64,000 nt of DNA from Ostreococcus lucimarinus. Taxonomy: Eukaryota. Shown here piece by piece: positions 60,657-64,000 of this stretch. Location: NCBI GenBank assembly GCA_000092065.1, contig CP000585.1. One strand, 5' to 3'. The notes beneath the pieces were generated by a model. It saw only the letters and a program-made list of their open reading frames with translations. It searched no databases and was not told the DNA's origin. Positions within the stretch are counted from its first letter, which is position 1. Every line of letters starts with the position of its first letter. Position numbers and translations under genes: made by a program.

Positions 60657-62465
60657 TCAATCTTGAGGGAATCCGTATTGTTCGAGTAATCGAAGTGTCA
60701 CGCCGTTGGTCCAGCCGAAACCACGTTGAGGGATGTATTCGCCGCCTTTACCCACGCCGTCCTCGGTCGAGCGCACGTCGTACTTTTCGTGCATGTAGCC
60801 CGTTGACTTCCACGCTTGATGCGCGGTGCGGAGCCACGAGTGCGCGAGCGTCTTCGCGTACTCTTCCTCGCGAGGGGCGAAAATTTGTATCGCTTCGACA
60901 ATCATGTGAGTCTCCGGCGCCCAAGCGTTAGGCCAATCCCATTGCTGACCGCTCTCGACGAGTGAGGTCGCGATGCCTTTGTCGGTGACCAACTTGGACT
61001 TTTTCAACGACTCGACGACTTCGTACGCTTGATCGCTGTCGGGATCGCAAGCGCCGCACCAAAGCGGAGTAAAATCGCTCGTAAACGGGCTCTCAGATGC
61101 CGCCGTGAGATCATCGCGATCGCGCACGATTCCTCGGGTGTCTTCGCCCATGAGCGGTTCGAACGCCATGTCTCGCCACCGCTTGACGTCGTCGTCCCAA
61201 AGCACGGCGTCAATCGCGCGCCGCCGCACCTCGCTCGCACGGGAGAACTTCTCGAGCAAATGGTTCAAGTACACGCGCTCGGCGAAGAGCTCGTCTTCGT
61301 TTTCCAACGACACTAATGCCTCGCGGGCGAGCAAAGCGATTTGCGTCTCCACTCGTAGCATAAATCCGTTCAAGTCGGATGGAATGATGTTGCACGTGCG
61401 AATCGTCTCCAAGTTATCGCCGTCTAGGAACCATCTCGAGCTGAAGTCGAAGCCGCTCTCCGCCGCGCTAGCAAGATGTCGATATATCTTACGCTTAGCT
61501 TCGAGCTTGGCCACGGCGTCCTCCACCTTTCTGGTCGCTCGGCGCGCCACCTCGACGTCTTCGCGATAGCTCTCTGGCCTCGGACGCGTGGTGTTGGCAA
61601 AATATCGCGACAGCTCGTGCGTCTCTCCGGTTTCCGTGTCACGAATCGTCACCGTGCGTTCACTTCGAGTGAGATAGGCGTATTCTTGCACCAGCAACGG
61701 CAACGCCTGTCGCAACCACTCGACGTCTCGCGTCGCTTGAAACACCTCGGCGACGCACGACGACAACAACGGCGGCTGAGATCGATTCAAATAGTACACG
61801 CGCGCGCCGTTGGGCACGAATCCGTACGTGGTGACCATGTACAACAAATTATTCGTCACTCCCAGCGCCGTGGCCGGCATCTCGCTCGTTAACAACCCCA
61901 AAACGATCCAATACGTATCCCAGTAGTAGGTTTCCCTAAAACGTTCCCCCGGCACCACCGCCGGGTACGGCAATCGAATCCTCGAGCTCGTCGTCCGTCG
62001 CGCCTCGCCCTCCGCGCCGACTTCTTCCTCAGCGTAGTCATCCGCGTCCAACCGCGCGAGCACGCGCCACAGCTCGTGCACGTGCGTCGCAAACTCCCTC
62101 GACTTTTCGCACCTCGCCCCTCTCGCCACCGCCGGCTCGCTTCGCCAGTCCGCCAGTTCCGGCATCTTAGACCTCTCCCTCGGTCCGCTCTCGAAGTGTT
62201 CGTTCAAGAATTCCCGCGCCGCCACGCTACACGTCGCCGCTCGCGACTGCGCCAGCGCCTCGAACACCTTCGCCGGCGGTGATCTCGACCGCGTGTCCAC
62301 GAAATCCTTCGAGTCGCGCCAAATCGCCGCTCGGTGCACCGCCGCCAGTATCGCCGCCGTGCAAAACGCCGCGTACGGCGCCTGCGCGCCGTCCGTCGCC
62401 GCGCCGCCGTCTTCCTCGACGTCGTCTTCGCTCGTCATCGCGCTGTGCGCCGCGTCCGCGAGCAT
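60657..62465 (-). CDS. TRE: trehalase (glycoside hydrolase family 37)
   Basis: 602-aa ORF. DSKDFVD, PGERFRETYYWDTYW and QWDWPNAWAP signatures. Confidence 0.85.
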   Translation of the reverse strand: MLADAAHSAMTSEDDVEEDGGAATDGAQAPYAAFCTAAILAAVHRAAIWRDSKDFVDTRSRSPPAKVFEALAQSRAATCSVAAREFLNEHFESGPRERSKMPELADWRSEPAVARGARCEKSREFATHVHELWRVLARLDADDYAEEEVGAEGEARRTTSSRIRLPYPAVVPGERFRETYYWDTYWIVLGLLTSEMPATALGVTNNLLYMVTTYGFVPNGARVYYLNRSQPPLLSSCVAEVFQATRDVEWLRQALPLLVQEYAYLTRSERTVTIRDTETGETHELSRYFANTTRPRPESYREDVEVARRATRKVEDAVAKLEAKRKIYRHLASAAESGFDFSSRWFLDGDNLETIRTCNIIPSDLNGFMLRVETQIALLAREALVSLENEDELFAERVYLNHLLEKFSRASEVRRRAIDAVLWDDDVKRWRDMAFEPLMGEDTRGIVRDRDDLTAASESPFTSDFTPLWCGACDPDSDQAYEVVESLKKSKLVTDKGIATSLVESGQQWDWPNAWAPETHMIVEAIQIFAPREEEYAKTLAHSWLRTAHQAWKSTGYMHEKYDVRSTEDGVGKGGEYIPQRGFGWTNGVTLRLLEQYGFPQD

Positions 62466-62847
62466 CTCGCGTCGTTCGACGACGATCTCGACCCGCTCGC
62501 GAATCGGCGCGCGCGCGCGCGTGCCCTCGGGGCGCGGCGACGCGCGCGCGACGCGCGACGCGCGCGGGCGCGCGCGCGACGCGCCGAGCGCGCGACGTAT
62601 CGAGACCGTTCGCGCCGTCCTGGCGGTGCGCGCGCGCGCGAGACGCGCTCACGCGCGGGGGAGTGACGGCCGGGTCGACCGCGCGACGCCTCGGGCCCCG
62701 ACCTTTGAGACACCGAAAGACGCGAAGGCGAGACGAGCACGCGAGAAACCGGCGCGGAGGCGGAGACGCGAACGCGCGAGCGCGCGAAAAAACGAACGAA
62801 CGAACGAACGAACGAAATCGGGTTAAATCTTCATCTACTTTTTACTT

Positions 62848-63555
62848 TTAATCTCCATCTACGTACGAGACGCACTTTTGCACGAGGTAGCGCCGCGCGT
62901 CGGCGCCGAACGCCTTCGCGTACGCGTCGCGGAGCGCGAGACGGCCCATGTAACGCGCCAGCGCGGGATACGGCGCGAAGCTGACGTCGGGAAAGAACTG
63001 CGGCACGTAGAGCAGATACGCGCCGACGGCGACGTCCGCGACCGAGAAATCGCCCAACAGATAATCTCGAGACGCCAAGACGTCGTCGAGCCGTCGGAGT
63101 CGCTTATTATTCGGGTCGCGCGCCTTGGTGTCCACCACGCCACCGCGCTCGTTCTCGACGAACAGCACGGGATCCAGCGACGCGTTCGCCCACGACACCC
63201 ACGCCGCCGCCGCGGCGCGCGTCTTCGGCGTGTCCAAACCGCCGTACGCGTCGGCGAGGTACATTAAAATCGCCCCGGACTCGAACAGTTCGAGCTCGCC
63301 GCCGTCCGCGTCGGCGTCGTCGCGCAGCGCGGGCACCTGTCCGAACGGGTGCGGGTTCGTCTCGTCCCTCGGCGCGCGCATCGCGAGCTCGAGGCCGATC
63401 TCGTGCGCGTACCAGTTCACCAGCGGCGACCGCGAGCCCTGCGACCCGTACAGCGTCGTCGCGCGCGTCGTCGCGCGGCGTCCCGACGTCGCGCGCGACG
63501 ACGCGCGTCGTCGCGCCGGCGTCGCCGCGCGCGCGCGCGTCGGCGCCGCGCGCAT
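62848..63555 (-). CDS. glutathione S-transferase family protein with Arg/Ala/Thr-rich presequence
   Basis: ORF 62848..63648. Start tentative at M32 (63555). Thioredoxin-like N-domain LYGSQGSRSPLVNWYAHEIGLEL...FGQVPAL...ELFESGAILMYLADAYG. Helical C-domain. Confidence 0.68.
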   Translation of the reverse strand: MRAAPTRARAATPARRRASSRATSGRRATTRATTLYGSQGSRSPLVNWYAHEIGLELAMRAPRDETNPHPFGQVPALRDDADADGGELELFESGAILMYLADAYGGLDTPKTRAAAAAWVSWANASLDPVLFVENERGGVVDTKARDPNNKRLRRLDDVLASRDYLLGDFSVADVAVGAYLLYVPQFFPDVSFAPYPALARYMGRLALRDAYAKAFGADARRYLVQKCVSYVDGD

Positions 63556-63782
63556 CGGCGTCGTTCGCGCCGCGCGCGTCGCGATGCGGTCGCGACGCCG
63601 CGCCGCGCTGACGTCACGACGACGAGACGCGCGGCGCGCCCCGCACACGACGACGCGCGCGACGCTCGAAGCGCGGCGAACGGCGCGCGATGCTCGCGGC
63701 GACGCTCTCGACGCGCGTCGCGGCGCGCGCGCGCGGCGACGCGACGACGCGCGGCGACGCGCGCGCGCGCGTGGTCGCGCGC

Positions 63783-64000
63783 GCGAAAAAGGGCGGCGCG
63801 TTCCTTCGCGAATTCGGCCCGGAACCGACGGAGAGCGAGAAGGCGGCGATCGAGGCCAAGGCGCAGGACGCCGCGGGAGGGTTCCCGGCGCTGGAGAAGC
63901 AGGAAGGGCAGGACCCGTTCAGCGTGAACCTGATGGTGAAGAAGTTTGGGCCGCTCAACTTGGTGTGGAACGGCGTCGGGACGCTGCAAGTGCCGGACGC
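63783..64000 (+). CDS. 5' part of an unidentified gene running off the window end (partial)
   Basis: Open frame KGGAFLREFGPEPTESEKAAIEAKAQDAAGGFPALEKQEGQDPFSVNLMVKKFGPLNLVWNGVGTLQVPD has non-repetitive, protein-like composition. No start identified. Confidence 0.25.

Noticed and set aside
1-64000. Prokaryotic reading of the window as operons or a defence island
   Set aside because: The genes are eukaryotic-specific (spliceosome SF3B4, COP9 signalosome, BLOC-1, SAGA, NIP7, HUS1, DOCK). Spliceosomal introns are present, as is a plastid transit peptide, and there are no Shine-Dalgarno-coupled tandem gene sets.
1-64000. ORF-track start codons taken at face value
   Set aside because: Several listed starts are GTG or TTG printed as M (for example 15986, 16937, 24463, 57809, 58882, 60177). 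Eukaryotic nuclear genes initiate at ATG, so I re-derived starts from homology and the nearest ATG.

Overview
This window reads as compact, GC-rich eukaryotic nuclear DNA, not prokaryotic. Genes lie on both strands with short intergenic spacers, there are several short spliceosomal introns, and I saw no operons, CRISPR arrays, rRNA or obvious tRNA. Most likely source is a small green alga, Mamiellales-like. This guess rests on GC well above 60% by eye, mostly single-exon genes, a simple Ala/Arg/Ser/Thr-rich plastid transit peptide on ribose-5-phosphate isomerase, and homologues of the plant-type DOCK GEF SPIKE1 and of the Arabidopsis F-box/SNF2 protein At3g54460. I can support about 30 protein-coding genes by recognisable protein families: GFAT, DHX35, a PhzF-like protein, a DOCK GEF, the meiotic helicase MER3/HFM1, a patatin-like lipase, plastid RpiA, an SLC4/BOR-type transporter, SF3B4, NIP7, HUS1, RECQL4, MMTAG2, an Fe-alcohol dehydrogenase, a giant kringle/TSP1 mosaic protein, a fused tRNA methyltransferase, SGF11, CCDC6, an F-box/SNF2/RING helicase, BLOS1, CSN5, trehalase and a GST. 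A few further ORFs I can only call hypothetical. Six of these genes are broken by short introns of 98-223 nt, mostly with GTGCGY donors, and the ORF track splits them. I reconstructed those introns by reading across the boundaries. The ORF track also treats GTG and TTG as start codons and prints them as M. GC-rich regions throw off long Arg-rich ORFs on both strands that I regard as artefacts. The most interesting objects are four. First, an 11.5-kb single-exon gene (35324..46834) for a 3,836-aa signal-peptide/TM-anchored mosaic protein with three near-identical kringle domains, TSP1 repeats, polyproline spacers and an EF-hand pair, preceded by a cluster of tandem repeats. Second, a gene fusing an amino-methyltransferase domain to a TRM10-type SPOUT domain. 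Third, a recurring head-to-head arrangement of unrelated genes whose start codons sit only about 80-90 bp apart. Fourth, several DNA-repair/meiosis genes within about 45 kb. All coordinates come from manual reading and may be off by 1-3 nt in places.
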